Below the pieces are notes generated by a model. That model saw nothing but the letters and a program-made list of their open reading frames with translations. It did no database searches and was not told the DNA's origin. Positions 31,810 to 41,959 of a stretch of DNA of 64,000 bases are shown here, piece after piece. Numbering within the stretch: the first letter of the stretch is position 1; each line of letters begins with the position of its first letter. This DNA is from Anaeromyxobacter sp. (lineage in GTDB: Bacteria; Myxococcota; Myxococcia; Myxococcales; Anaeromyxobacteraceae). The stretch is taken from the NCBI GenBank assembly GCA_049840735.1, contig JASGJN010000002.1, positions 64,001 through 128,000 on the forward strand, written 5' to 3'. The translations under genes and the position numbers were made by a program.

Positions 31810-33567
31810 TCACGCCCCCAGCATCTGCCGCTCGACCAGCCGCCTGTACAGGCCGGCCCGCGTCATCAGCTCGGCGTGCCGGCCGGCCTCCACCACGGCG
31901 CCGCCGTCCACCACCACCACGCGATCCGCGCTGGCCACGGTGGAGAGCCGGTGGGCGATGATGAGCGTGGTCCGGCCGCGCATCAGCCGCGCCAGCGCCT
32001 CCTTCACCAGCGCCTCCGACTCCGCGTCCAGCGCGCTGGTGGCCTCGTCCAGCAGCAGGATGCGCGGGTCCTTGAGGACCGCCCGCGCCACCGCCAGCCG
32101 CTGCCGCTGCCCGCCGGAGAGCTGCTGGCCGCGCTCGCCCACGCGTGTGGCGTAGCCCTCGGGGAAGGCGCTCACGAAGTCGTGGGCGTGGGCCGCACGG
32201 CAGGCCGCCTCCACCTCCTCGCGGCTGGCCCCCGGCCGCCCGTAGCGCACGTTCTCCTCCACCGAGGCGGAGAAGAGCACCGGCTCCTGCGGCACCACGC
32301 CGATCTGCCCGCGCAGCCAGGCCGGGTCGAGCGTGCGCAGGTCGCGCCCATCCAGCAGGACGGCCCCCTGCCCCGGGTCGTAGAGCCGCCCCAGCAGCGC
32401 GCCGATGGTGGACTTGCCGGCGCCGGACGGGCCCACCAGCGCCACCACCTCCCCCGGCGCGATCTCGAGGCCCAGGTCGGCCAGCACCACCGACTCCGGC
32501 CGCGACGGGTAGGCGAAGCGCACGCCGGAGAAGGTGATGCGCCCCTCGCAGCGGGCCGGTCGCTCGCCGCCGGTGAGCGGCATGGCCGGGGCGCGATCGA
32601 TCAGCTCCAGCACGTGCTCCGCCGCGCCCAGGCCGCGCATCACCTCGGCCCAGAGGTCCGCCAGGGCGCCCAGGCTCATGGCCACCAGCAGCGTGTAGAC
32701 CAGGAAGGCCGTCAGCGCGCCGGCGCTGAGCTGCCCGCGGCCCACCAGCAGGCCGCCGTAGCCCAGCACCGCCGCGACCGCCGCGTACACGCCGGTGGAC
32801 GCGCCGCCCATGAAGCTGGCGCCGGCCAGCGCCCGCCGCCGCGCCGCCTCGTAGGCCTGCGCCACCGCCCCGCCGAAGCGGGCCACCTCCGCCTCCTCGG
32901 CCACGTAGGCGCGCACCGTCCGGATGGACGAGAGCGACTCCTCCGCCACGTGGCTGGCCTCGGCCAGCGCGTCCTGGTAGGCGCGGGCCAGCGCCCGGAC
33001 CTTGCGCCCGTACACCACCGCGCCGATGGCCACCGGCGGCACCACCAGCAGCATGAGCAGCGTCAGGCGCGGCGAGGTCACCACCAGCAGGGCCAGGCCG
33101 CCCAGCGCGGTGATGGCGTGGCGCAGCGTCATGGAGAGCTGGCTGGAGAGGAGCCCCTGCAGGCTGGCCGCGTCGGCGCCCAGGCGCGAGACCAGGTCGC
33201 CGGTCCGGGTGGCGTCGAAGAAGGCGATCTCCTGCGCCACCAGGCTGCGGAAGAGCCGCTCGCGCACCCGGCGCACGCCGCGCTCGCCCGCCAGCGAGAA
33301 GAGCACGTGCCGGCCCGCCACCGCCGCGCCCTGCACCAGCGCCAGCGCCCCCAGCGCCACCGCCACGCGCAGCAGCCACCCGGGATCGCGCCCGGCGATG
33401 GCGCCGTCCACGATGGCGCGGATGCCCTGCGGGTAGACCAGCGACAGGCCGGCGCCGATCACCAGCAGGCCGGTGGCCGCCGCCAGCCGCGCCCGCTCCG
33501 GCCGCAGCAGCGCCAGGATGCGCCGCGCGGTGCGGGCGCGCCCCGGCCCGACGCTCAGCCCCGCCAC
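31810..33567 (-). CDS. ABC exporter, fused permease/ATPase (ABCB/MsbA-like); start uncertain
   Basis: TM domain, Walker A GPSGAGKST, LSGGQRQR, Walker B LLLDEATSALD, IAHRLST. Confidence 0.92.
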   Translation of the reverse strand: MAGLSVGPGRARTARRILALLRPERARLAAATGLLVIGAGLSLVYPQGIRAIVDGAIAGRDPGWLLRVAVALGALALVQGAAVAGRHVLFSLAGERGVRRVRERLFRSLVAQEIAFFDATRTGDLVSRLGADAASLQGLLSSQLSMTLRHAITALGGLALLVVTSPRLTLLMLLVVPPVAIGAVVYGRKVRALARAYQDALAEASHVAEESLSSIRTVRAYVAEEAEVARFGGAVAQAYEAARRRALAGASFMGGASTGVYAAVAAVLGYGGLLVGRGQLSAGALTAFLVYTLLVAMSLGALADLWAEVMRGLGAAEHVLELIDRAPAMPLTGGERPARCEGRITFSGVRFAYPSRPESVVLADLGLEIAPGEVVALVGPSGAGKSTIGALLGRLYDPGQGAVLLDGRDLRTLDPAWLRGQIGVVPQEPVLFSASVEENVRYGRPGASREEVEAACRAAHAHDFVSAFPEGYATRVGERGQQLSGGQRQRLAVARAVLKDPRILLLDEATSALDAESEALVKEALARLMRGRTTLIIAHRLSTVASADRVVVVDGGAVVEAGRHAELMTRAGLYRRLVERQMLGA

Positions 33568-34457
33568 GGCTCGCTCGCCCGCAGGGCCGAGACGATGGCG
33601 CGCGTCGAGGGGGAGCGGTTCAGCGTGTAGAAGTGCAGACCGGGCGCGCCGCGGCGCAGGAGGTCGGCGCACTGCAGCGTGGCGTAGGCCACGCCCAGGT
33701 CGCGCGCGCCTTCCAGGTCCTCGCGCCGGACCTCCATGGCGGCGCGCAGCGGCCGCGGGATGGAGGCGCCGCACATGGCGGTGAAGCGCTCCACCTGCTC
33801 CACGTTGGCGATGGGCATGATGCCGGGGACGATGGGCACGGTGATCCCCGCGGCCCGCGCCCGCTCCACGAAGGTGAAGTAGTGGGCGTTCTCGAAGAAG
33901 AGCTGCGAGACCAGGAAGTCCGCCCCGGCGTCCACCTTGGCCTTGAGGTTGCGCAGGTCCTGGGCCAGGTCGCGCGTCTCCACGTGGCCCTCGGGGTAGC
34001 AGGCGGCGCCGAGGCAGAAGCGCCAGCGCTGCGGGTGCGCGCGGATGAAGGCCACCAGCTCGCCGGCGTGGGCGAAGCCGTCCGGGTGGGGCTGGAAGCT
34101 GGACTGGCCGCGCGGCGGATCGCCCCGCAGCGCCAGCACGTTCTGCACGCCGGCCTCGGAGAGCTCGTCCAGCACCGCGGCGATCTCGTCGCGGGAGGCG
34201 CCCACGCAGGTGATGTGGGCCATGGCCTCGACCTCGGTCTCCCGCTTGAGCCGCTTCACCAGCTCGACGGTGCGCGCGCGGGTCGAGCCGCCGGCGCCGT
34301 AGGTGACCGAGACGTAGGCCGGCCCGAGCGGGCGGAGCCGCTCCACGGTCTCGAACAGGGCGGTGACCCCGTCCTCCGTCTTGGGTGGGAAGAACTCGAA
34401 GGAGAAGATGGGCTCGCCCCGCTCACGGGCGAAGCGCAAGAGGTCGGTGATCCGCAC
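33555..34457 (-). CDS. metF: 5,10-methylenetetrahydrofolate reductase
   Basis: FSFEFFPPK, SVTYGAGGS, AHITC, LALRGD, YPEGH, KVDAGADF..SQLFF, HFYTLN. Confidence 0.95.
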   Translation of the reverse strand: MRITDLLRFARERGEPIFSFEFFPPKTEDGVTALFETVERLRPLGPAYVSVTYGAGGSTRARTVELVKRLKRETEVEAMAHITCVGASRDEIAAVLDELSEAGVQNVLALRGDPPRGQSSFQPHPDGFAHAGELVAFIRAHPQRWRFCLGAACYPEGHVETRDLAQDLRNLKAKVDAGADFLVSQLFFENAHYFTFVERARAAGITVPIVPGIMPIANVEQVERFTAMCGASIPRPLRAAMEVRREDLEGARDLGVAYATLQCADLLRRGAPGLHFYTLNRSPSTRAIVSALRASEPWRG

Positions 34458-34544
34458 GCCGGGCGAGATCAGCCCGCCGGCGGCGCGCTGGCCAGCCTTC
34501 ACCGGGTTGACAGGCGGCCGCGGCGCGGCGATGGAAAGGGCGCC

Positions 34545-35030
34545 ATGACGCGGCCTCCCCGCTACATCACCCCCGAGGGCTTCCGGCGGCTCGCCGCGGA
34601 GCACGAGCGCATCTGGACCGCGGACCGCCCGCGCATCGTGGCCGAGGTGGAGGCGGCGGCGGCGCTGGGCGACCGGAGCGAGAACGCCGAGTACATCTAC
34701 GGCAAGCGCAAGCTGCGCGAGCTGGACCGCCGGCTGCGCTTCCTGTCCGAGCGGATGGACGCGCTCACCGTGGTCGAGCCTCGCCCCAACGACGGCGGGC
34801 GCGCCTTCTTCGGCGCCTGGGTGACGGTCGAGGACGAGGACGGGGCCGAGCGGACGTACCGGCTGGTGGGGCCGGACGAGTTCGACGCGGCGGTGGGGCT
34901 GATCAGCGTGGACGCGCCCATCGGCCGCGCCCTGCTGGGCAAGCGCGAGGGGGACGTGGTGGTGGTGCAGCGGCCGGCCGGAGCGGTGGAGCTGACGGTG
35001 GTGGCCATCGCCTGGACCCGCGGGGGCTGA
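34545..35030 (+). CDS. greB: Transcription elongation factor GreB
   Basis: YITPEG, AAALGDRSENAEYIYGKRKLRELDRRLRFL, ISVDAPIGRALLGK. Confidence 0.95.
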   Translation: MTRPPRYITPEGFRRLAAEHERIWTADRPRIVAEVEAAAALGDRSENAEYIYGKRKLRELDRRLRFLSERMDALTVVEPRPNDGGRAFFGAWVTVEDEDGAERTYRLVGPDEFDAAVGLISVDAPIGRALLGKREGDVVVVQRPAGAVELTVVAIAWTRGG

Positions 35031-35075
35031 GGCGCGGGCGCCCGCCGGCGGCCGGGCGGTGCGCATCTTCTCGGG

Positions 35076-36773
35076 GTGCCGGCGCGCAGGCGGTCCAGCC
35101 AGGGGCAGCGGGCGCGGCGCGCGGAGCGGCTGGCCGACGCGGCGGGGCTGGCCATGCGCGCCCTGCTCAGGCCCATCGCCGGCCAGGGGCGCTTCCGCCC
35201 CGGGCCCCTGCCGGGCGGCGCCCGCCGCCTCCTGCTCATCCAGCTGGACGGCGTCTCGCTCGGCCGGCTGCGCGAGGTCCTGGCGGCCGGTCGGCTGCCT
35301 GCGCTGGCGGCCCGGCTGGCCCGCGGCAGCCACGCGCTGAGCGGCTGCCGGAGCGGCCTCCCCTCCTCCACCCCGGCCTACCAGGCCGGCCTGCTCTATG
35401 GGCGCTCCCCTGCCGTCCCCGGGTTCATCTGGTGCGACCGGCGCACCGGGCGCGAGGTGCGCATGGACCGCGCCGCCGACGCGGCCGCGCTGGAGCGGTC
35501 GCTGGGCAGCGGCGGGCGCGGGCTGCTCCGCGGCGGCACCAGCTACTTCTCCATCTTCTCCGGCGACGCAGCCGTCCCGCACTTCTGCCTCTCCGGCCTC
35601 TCCGGCGAGCTGGACCTGGGCTGGTTCGAGCGCGAGCTGGGCCCGTGGGACGCGGCGGCCTCGGCGCTGGTCCACACCGTCACCGCCGGCCGCGCCGCGG
35701 TGCGGCTGGCCCACGAGGCCGGGCTCGGGCTGGTGGACGGCCTGCGCTGGGTGGCGCGGGTGCGCCGGCTCCGGCACGAGCCGCGCTTCCTCCTGCACCG
35801 CGTCTTCATCTCCTCGGTGCTGCGCGAGCTGGCCATCCAGGGGATCCTGCTGGACGTCTCGCGCGGCCTGCCCGTCGTCTACGCCGACTTCCTGGGCTTC
35901 GACGAGGCCGCGCACCGGCGCGGCCCGGCCTCGGCGGCGGCGCTGCGCCGGCTGGAGGCGGCCGACGCGGCGCTGGCCACGATCTTCGCCGCGGTCGAGG
36001 CCGCGCCGGGGCTGGGCTACGACGTCTTCGTGCTCTCGGACCACGGCCACGTGCCCACCACGCCCTTCGAGGCGCTGAGCGGGTTGGCGCTGCCGGCGTT
36101 CGTGGGCCGCGCCGAGCGCGGCGAGCCGCTGCCGCGGGGGCCGGCGCCGCTCCGGCCCAACCGCGGCCTGCTCGGCGGGCGGACGCTGGGCGGCGCGCGC
36201 ACCGAGGGGATCGCGGTGGCGGAGGCCGGGGCCCTGGCCCACGTCTACTTCCTGCGCGAGGGCCCTGGGCCGCACCCGCTGGACGTCCTCCGGGCCCGGC
36301 ACGGGCGCGTGCTGGCGGCGCTGGCCGGCTCGCCGGCGGTGGGGCTGGTGGCGGCGCGCGGCGGGCAGCGCGGCGTGGTGCTGGTGGGCGGCGGCGCGCT
36401 GGCGCTGTCCGACCCGGCCGACGTGGCGCGGCTCCCCCACCCCGAGCCGCGCCTGCTGGCCACCTACCTCTCCGACCTGCTCTCGCTGGAGTCGGCCGGG
36501 GACCTGGTGGTGCTGGGCTGGCGCGGCCCGTGCCACCGCTCGGTGGCGTACGCCTGGGAGTTCGGCTCGCACGGCGGCGCGGCACCGGAGGAGCTGGACG
36601 CCTTCGTCCTCCACCCCGCCGCCTGCCCGTTCCGCTTCGACCAGGTGCTGCGGCCGGCCGAGCTGAACGCGTTCTTCGAGCAGGCCTACCGCGGCCCGGC
36701 GGAGGAGGCCCAGCGCGAGCGGGCCCGCCGCGCGCCGCCGTCGCCGGAGGCTGCGGCCGAGGGGCTGCCGTGA
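35076..36773 (+). CDS. Alkaline phosphatase superfamily (nucleotide pyrophosphatase/phosphodiesterase-like) protein
   Basis: LIQLDGVS, PSSTPAYQAG, DEAAH..GP, LSDHG, GSHGG. Confidence 0.8.
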   Translation: MPARRRSSQGQRARRAERLADAAGLAMRALLRPIAGQGRFRPGPLPGGARRLLLIQLDGVSLGRLREVLAAGRLPALAARLARGSHALSGCRSGLPSSTPAYQAGLLYGRSPAVPGFIWCDRRTGREVRMDRAADAAALERSLGSGGRGLLRGGTSYFSIFSGDAAVPHFCLSGLSGELDLGWFERELGPWDAAASALVHTVTAGRAAVRLAHEAGLGLVDGLRWVARVRRLRHEPRFLLHRVFISSVLRELAIQGILLDVSRGLPVVYADFLGFDEAAHRRGPASAAALRRLEAADAALATIFAAVEAAPGLGYDVFVLSDHGHVPTTPFEALSGLALPAFVGRAERGEPLPRGPAPLRPNRGLLGGRTLGGARTEGIAVAEAGALAHVYFLREGPGPHPLDVLRARHGRVLAALAGSPAVGLVAARGGQRGVVLVGGGALALSDPADVARLPHPEPRLLATYLSDLLSLESAGDLVVLGWRGPCHRSVAYAWEFGSHGGAAPEELDAFVLHPAACPFRFDQVLRPAELNAFFEQAYRGPAEEAQRERARRAPPSPEAAAEGLP

Positions 36774-37561
36774 GCCTGCGCGTCCTGAGCTGGAACGTGC
36801 ACGGGCTCAAGGGCGCCGACGGCCGGCGGGACGCGGCGCGCGTGGCCGAGGTGATCGCCGCCGCGGCCCCGGATCTGGCTGGGCTGCAGGAGGTGGGGGC
36901 CCCGGCGCTGCCCGGCGGGCACGCCGACGCGGCGCAGGCCCTGGCCGAGCTCACCGGCCTGGAGGTGGCCTTCGGCCCCACCCTGCGCGACCGCCGCCAC
37001 GGCTTCGCCTACGGCAACGCCATCCTCTCCCGCCACGCCATCGAGGCCACGCGCAGCTACGACCTCTCGGTGCCCGGGCGCGAGCCGCGCGGCTGCCTCC
37101 GCGCCGACGTGGCGGTGGCCGGGACGCGGCTGCACCTCTTCGCTGCCCACCTGGGCCTCCACTGGCGCGAGCGGCGCCGGCAGGCGGCGGCGCTGCTGTC
37201 CGCCGACATCCTGCGCGACGCCGCGCTGGCCCACCCGCTGGTGCTGGTGGGCGACTTCAACTCGCCCTCGCACCGCTCGGCCGTGCCCCGCTGGCTCCGG
37301 CGCCAGCTCTCCGACGCCGCGCTGGCGGCGCGGAACGAGGCGCCCACCTTCCCGGCGCGCTTCCCGCTGCTGCGGCTCGATCACGTCTACGTCAGCTCGG
37401 CGCTGCGGGTGCTGGCGGTCGAGGTGATCCGCACGCCGCTCGCCCGGCGGGCCTCCGACCACCTGCCGCTCCTGGCGGTGCTGGAGCTCACCCAGGAGGC
37501 CCGGCTGCCGCCCGTCCCGCGGCCAATCGAGGCGGCCGGGGTGAGCACCACGCTGCGATGA
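36770..37561 (+). CDS. Endonuclease/exonuclease/phosphatase family protein
   Basis: SWNVH, GLQEV, GNAILS, HLGL, GDFN, LDH, SDHLP. Confidence 0.9.
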   Translation: MSLRVLSWNVHGLKGADGRRDAARVAEVIAAAAPDLAGLQEVGAPALPGGHADAAQALAELTGLEVAFGPTLRDRRHGFAYGNAILSRHAIEATRSYDLSVPGREPRGCLRADVAVAGTRLHLFAAHLGLHWRERRRQAAALLSADILRDAALAHPLVLVGDFNSPSHRSAVPRWLRRQLSDAALAARNEAPTFPARFPLLRLDHVYVSSALRVLAVEVIRTPLARRASDHLPLLAVLELTQEARLPPVPRPIEAAGVSTTLR

Positions 37562-37649
37562 CGCGCTGCCCGCCGGGGGGTCGTTCGCTCCCGCGCGGAT
37601 GCGCAGCCTGTAGCTCGGACCCGGCGAGACGGGGCGGGAGGAGACCGAC

Positions 37650-37940
37650 ATGGCGATGAGCTGGAAGGCGGCGCGCAAGCTGCTGGACCGCGACGAGGTG
37701 CTGCGGTCGATGGGGCTCGAGCGGCGCTCGGAGACGGGCGACTTCTTCACCGGCCTCGGGCTGTTCTCGGTGGGCGTGCTGGTGGGCGCCGGCCTGGGGC
37801 TGATGTTCGCGCCCAAGCGCGGCGAGGACATGCGCTCGATGATGACGGAGGCCTGGCGCAACCGCGCCGGACGCGGCCGCCAGGATCTGCAGACGCCGCT
37901 CGGCGCCGAGGCCGGCATCCCGCCGGCCGCCGGGCACTGA
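37650..37940 (+). CDS. YtxH-like small membrane protein
   Basis: GVLVGAGLGLMFAPKRGEDMR motif; SD GGAGG. Confidence 0.75.
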   Translation: MAMSWKAARKLLDRDEVLRSMGLERRSETGDFFTGLGLFSVGVLVGAGLGLMFAPKRGEDMRSMMTEAWRNRAGRGRQDLQTPLGAEAGIPPAAGH

Positions 37941-37945
37941 GGGGA

Positions 37946-38611
37946 CTACTCCTCTTCCGGCTCCGCGGCCGGACCGGCCTCGGGCGCCTCTTCCGGCGCC
38001 TCGGCCACCGCCGCGAGCCGGGCCCACAGGGCGTCCGTCCCCGTGCCCTCGACGGCGGAGAACGGGACGGCGTCCCCACGGGCCAGCCCCATGACCCGCT
38101 CCACGGCCCGGAGCGCGCCGGTCCGCTTGCTCTTGGCCAGCTTGTCCATCTTGGTGGCGGCCACCACCACCCGCCGGCCGTTGGCGCGCAGGAAGGTGGC
38201 GGCGTCCTGGTCGCTCTCCGAGGGCTCGTGGCGCGCGTCCACGATGAGCACCACGGCGCGCAGCACGTCGCGCTCCTTCAGGTACCCCTCGATCATCGAG
38301 GCCCAGCTGTCGCGCTCGGCCTTGGAGACCTTGGCGTAGCCGTAGCCGGGCAGGTCGCAGAGCCGCAGCGCCCGGGGGCGCGCGGCCGGCGTGGGCCGGT
38401 AGCTCACGTCGAAGAACTGCAGCGCCCGCGTGCGGCCCGGGGTGGTGGAGACGCGGGCCAGCTTCCTGCGCCGCGTGAGCGCGTTGAGCATCGAGGACTT
38501 GCCCACGTTGGAGCGGCCGACGAAGGCCACCTCCGGCGCGGGGCCTTGAGGCCACTCGGAGGGCTTGGTGGCGGTGCGGCTGAAGGCTGCGGACACGAGC
38601 TGGATGGGCAC
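37946..38611 (-). CDS. engB: Ribosome biogenesis GTPase YihA/YsxC
   Basis: GRSNVGKSS, STTPGRT, DLPGYGYAK, TKMDK. Confidence 0.95.
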   Translation of the reverse strand: MPIQLVSAAFSRTATKPSEWPQGPAPEVAFVGRSNVGKSSMLNALTRRRKLARVSTTPGRTRALQFFDVSYRPTPAARPRALRLCDLPGYGYAKVSKAERDSWASMIEGYLKERDVLRAVVLIVDARHEPSESDQDAATFLRANGRRVVVAATKMDKLAKSKRTGALRAVERVMGLARGDAVPFSAVEGTGTDALWARLAAVAEAPEEAPEAGPAAEPEEE

Positions 38612-38628
38612 TCGGTGCTCCGGGGGGG

Positions 38629-39156
38629 CTACGGGCGGGCGGGCTTGGTGGGCGCCGCGGGCTTGGCGGGCGCGGCGGGCTTGGCGGCAGGCGGCGCGGC
38701 CGGCGCCGGGGCGCGGCGGGCCTCGCGCTCGCGCGTCCAGTGATTGATGAGCGGGAGCTTCCGCGCCGGGTCGAACTTGACCAGGCTGGGGGTGCTCTCG
38801 CCGTGGCAGGCCAGGCAGCTCTTCGGCCCGACCTCGGCCAGCCCCACGGCGCGGGCCAGCTCGCGGTCGCGCATGACGTAGGCGGCCGAGTACCGCCGCC
38901 CCGGACCGTGGCAGGCCTCGCAGGTCACCGCGGCCAGGCCGTCCTCGGCGTCAGGGGAGTGGCAGACCTGGCAGCGCGCGTCCTTGCGCTGTGCGTCGGA
39001 GAGGCCGTCCATGGCCCGGGCGTGCGGATTGGCCTTCCAGGCCTCGTAGGCGGCCGGGTGGCAGGCCTTGCAGGTCTCGGGTCCCACCTTGTCCCCTGTG
39101 GCACGGGCGGACAGGGCGGCGAACAGCAGCAGCGCTGCGAGCGAGGGTCTGGTCAC
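38629..39156 (-). CDS. Periplasmic tetraheme c-type cytochrome (c554-like)
   Basis: Signal peptide; CKACH, CQVCH, CEACHGPG, CLACH; Pro/Ala/Lys-rich tail. Confidence 0.85.
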   Translation of the reverse strand: MTRPSLAALLLFAALSARATGDKVGPETCKACHPAAYEAWKANPHARAMDGLSDAQRKDARCQVCHSPDAEDGLAAVTCEACHGPGRRYSAAYVMRDRELARAVGLAEVGPKSCLACHGESTPSLVKFDPARKLPLINHWTREREARRAPAPAAPPAAKPAAPAKPAAPTKPARP

Positions 39157-39167
39157 GCGCCCCGGAG

Positions 39168-39173
39168 TATAAT
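39168..39173 (+). promoter_or_regulatory. -10 box TATAAT directly upstream of a probably leaderless gene
   Basis: Perfect TATAAT in very GC-rich DNA, 5 nt before ATG 39179. Confidence 0.55.
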
Positions 39174-39178
39174 GTCTC

Positions 39179-39679
39179 ATGCGCTCCGTCCAGCTTGCCC
39201 TCGCCCTGTGCCTGGCGCTCGGCCCGTTCGCCGCCCAGGCCCGCGCCTGGAAGGGCATCAACCCGGGTCAGGCCACCCAGGCCGACGTCGTCGAGCAGTT
39301 CGGGCAGCCCACCAAGAAGACCAAGGCGGGCAGCCGGACCGTGCTGGCCTACTACGGCGAGCAGGCGCTGGAGGGGACCAGGCAGGCCCAGTTCCACCTC
39401 GACGCCAACGGCACGGTCCAGGAGATCACCGTCTTCCTGACCGCCGAGCGCGCCCTCGACGCCGACTCCATCGAGGGCACCTACGGCAAGGCGCCGCAGA
39501 AGACCTTCGTCGAGGATACCTTCCAGAAGGTGTGGCTCTACCCGCAGCAGGGCGTGACGGTCTACTTCGGCAAGGACGGGATGGTGGAGGCCCTCTCCTT
39601 CTCGCCCGGGAAGGGCAAGCCGGCCGTGGCGCCGGCCGCGGCGGAGGCTCCCGCCGAGCCGGCCGCCGGGACCCACTGA
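39179..39679 (+). CDS. Secreted hypothetical protein
   Basis: Signal peptide ending AQARA; two short internal repeats (GQP/GKAP..Y); GC3-biased codons. Confidence 0.75.
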   Translation: MRSVQLALALCLALGPFAAQARAWKGINPGQATQADVVEQFGQPTKKTKAGSRTVLAYYGEQALEGTRQAQFHLDANGTVQEITVFLTAERALDADSIEGTYGKAPQKTFVEDTFQKVWLYPQQGVTVYFGKDGMVEALSFSPGKGKPAVAPAAAEAPAEPAAGTH

Positions 39680-39686
39680 GCACCGC

Positions 39687-40322
39687 ATGCGCGTGATCGG
39701 GCTGACCGGCGGCATCGCCACCGGGAAGAGCACCTTCGCCGCGCTGCTGCGCGAGCGAGGAGCGGCGGTGATCGACGCCGACCAGCTGGCGCGCTCGGTG
39801 GTGGAGCCCGGCACGCCCGCGCTGGGGGCCATCGCCCGCGCCTTCGGCCCGGAGGTGCTGCAGGCCGACGGGCGGCTCGATCGCAAGAAGCTGGGCAGCA
39901 AGGTCTTCGCCGACCCGGAGCAGCGGCGGCGGCTCGAGGCCATCACCCACCCCGCCATCCGCGAGGCCATGGCCGACGAGACCATGCGGCTCGCGGCCCG
40001 CGGCGCCACGCTGGCCTTCTACGACGCCCCGCTCCTCTACGAGGTGGGGATGGACCGTGCGCTCGACGCGGTGGTGGTCGTCTGGGCGCCCCCCGAGGTG
40101 CAGCGGGAGCGGCTGGCCCGCCGGGATGGGCTCAGCCCCGCCGAGGTGGAGGGGCGGCTCCAGGCGCAGCTGCCCATCGACGAGAAGGCGGCCCGCGCGG
40201 ACCTGGTGGTGGAGAACACGGGAGACCCCTCGGCGCTCGCCGAAAAGGCGGACCAGCTGCTGGCCGACCTCCGCCAGGGCCGGGGGCGCAGGCTTCCCAA
40301 CGCGCTCCCCGTGCGTTATTGA
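39687..40322 (+). CDS. coaE: Dephospho-CoA kinase
   Basis: IGLTGGIATGKST, IDAD, LEAITHPAI, PLLYE. Confidence 0.96.
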   Translation: MRVIGLTGGIATGKSTFAALLRERGAAVIDADQLARSVVEPGTPALGAIARAFGPEVLQADGRLDRKKLGSKVFADPEQRRRLEAITHPAIREAMADETMRLAARGATLAFYDAPLLYEVGMDRALDAVVVVWAPPEVQRERLARRDGLSPAEVEGRLQAQLPIDEKAARADLVVENTGDPSALAEKADQLLADLRQGRGRRLPNALPVRY

Positions 40323-40330
40323 CGCCGGGA

Positions 40331-41459
40331 ATGGGGGAGAGCGCGCGCGTCCACTTCGTCACCGGCTACCCGGGCTTCATCGGGCAGCGGCTGGTGCGGA
40401 AGCTCGCCGAGCGGGACGGCGATCGGCTGGTGCTGCTGGTGCAGCGCGACCGGCTCGACGCCGCCCGGGAGCACCTGGCCGAGATCGGCGCACCGCACGC
40501 CGAGGTGGTCGAGGGCGATGTGCAGCAGATGCACCTCGGCCTGTCCGGCGCGGAGTGGAAGGGGCTCGCCGCCGAGGTCACCGACGTCTGGCACCTGGCG
40601 GCCCGCTCCCGCCTGGGCGCGGCGCGCAGCGAGATGCGGCGCGTGAACGTCGAGGGCACGCGAAACGTCATCGAGCTGGCCGAGGCGGCGCCGCGGCTGC
40701 AGCGGCTCAACCACTTCTCCAGCGCCTACGTCTCCGGCAACCGGGTGGGCGTGATCCTCGAGGACGAGCTGGCCATGGGCCAGCGCTTCCACAACGCCTA
40801 CGAGGAGACGAAGTACCAGGCCGAGCTGCTGGTGCGGCGGGCCCAGTCCACCCTGCCGGCCACCATCTACCGGCCCAGCATCGTGGTGGGGGACTCGCGC
40901 ACCGGCGAGATCGACCGCTTCGAGGGGCCGTACACGCTGGCCATCCTGATGGTGGCCTCCCCGCTGGCGGTGCCGCTGCCGCTGCCCGGCGACGCGGTGG
41001 CCCCGCTCAACGTGGTGCCGGTGGACTTCGTCATCGACGCGGTGACCACGCTGGGGCGGCTGCCGGCGGCGGCGGGGCGGACGGTGCACCTGGTGGATCC
41101 GGCGCCGCTCTCGGCGAGACGCGTGTACGAGATGATCGCGGCGCGCGCGGGCAAGAAGCTGGCGCCGGTTCTCGGTGCCGGCGCGGGCGTTCCAGGCGCT
41201 GCTGCAGCTCCCGCTCGTCGAGCGGCTGTCGCGCACCCACCGGCCGGCCATCGAGTACGTGAACCACCTGGCCATCTACAACTGCCGGAACCTGATCGAG
41301 CTGCTGGACGGCACCGGGATCCGCTGCCCGCCCATCGGCAGCTACCTCGACCGGCTCATCGACTTCGTCCAGGCCAGCTTCGAGCGGCGCCGCGACGAGG
41401 AGCTGGCCCAGCTGGCCGGTGAGCCGGACGATCCACTCGACCCGCGCCCGCCGGCGTGA
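40331..41459 (+). CDS. Extended SDR / NAD-binding-4 oxidoreductase (frameshift ~41170)
   Basis: VTGYPGFIG, HLAA, NVEGT, YEETK, RPSIVVG, NVVPVDFV; C-terminus lies in the 41175-41459 frame. Confidence 0.85.
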
Positions 41460-41533
41460 CGCGCTGCGGCGGGGGCGCTGCGCGGCGGGGCGTGCCCAGC
41501 GCGCCCGCCAGATTCATGCTAGGCAGGGGCCCG

Positions 41534-41956
41534 ATGCCGACGGAGCACATGAAGCGCCTGCAGGACTTCAAGGCGGGGGACACGTTCGAGTACGTGCGCG
41601 AGGTCGATCCCTACCGGCCCGTGTACTACGCCGGCGCCTCCGGGGACTACAACCCCATCCACCTCGACGCCACCGTGGGCCGGGCCGCCGGCTACAACGG
41701 CGTCATCCTCCAGGGCATGTGCACGCTCTCCTGGCTCTCCGACGCCTGCGTCGGCTACCTCGGTGACCCGGCCCGGCTGCGGCGGGTGCGCGTCCGCTTC
41801 ACCAAGCCGGTGCAGGTAGGCGACGTGATCCGGTTCCACGGTCGGTGCACGGCGGTCGAGGGCCAGTCCATCCGGCTCGAGCTGTCGGCCACCAACCAGG
41901 CCGGCGAAGAGGTCCTGAAGGGCGCGGTGGCCGAGGGCCACGTCGCGGCGGGGTGA
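41534..41956 (+). CDS. MaoC-like hot-dog dehydratase (catalytic type)
   Basis: YAGASGDYNPIH, GVILQGM, VRFTKPV..GD. Confidence 0.85.
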   Translation: MPTEHMKRLQDFKAGDTFEYVREVDPYRPVYYAGASGDYNPIHLDATVGRAAGYNGVILQGMCTLSWLSDACVGYLGDPARLRRVRVRFTKPVQVGDVIRFHGRCTAVEGQSIRLELSATNQAGEEVLKGAVAEGHVAAG

Positions 41957-41959
41957 GCG

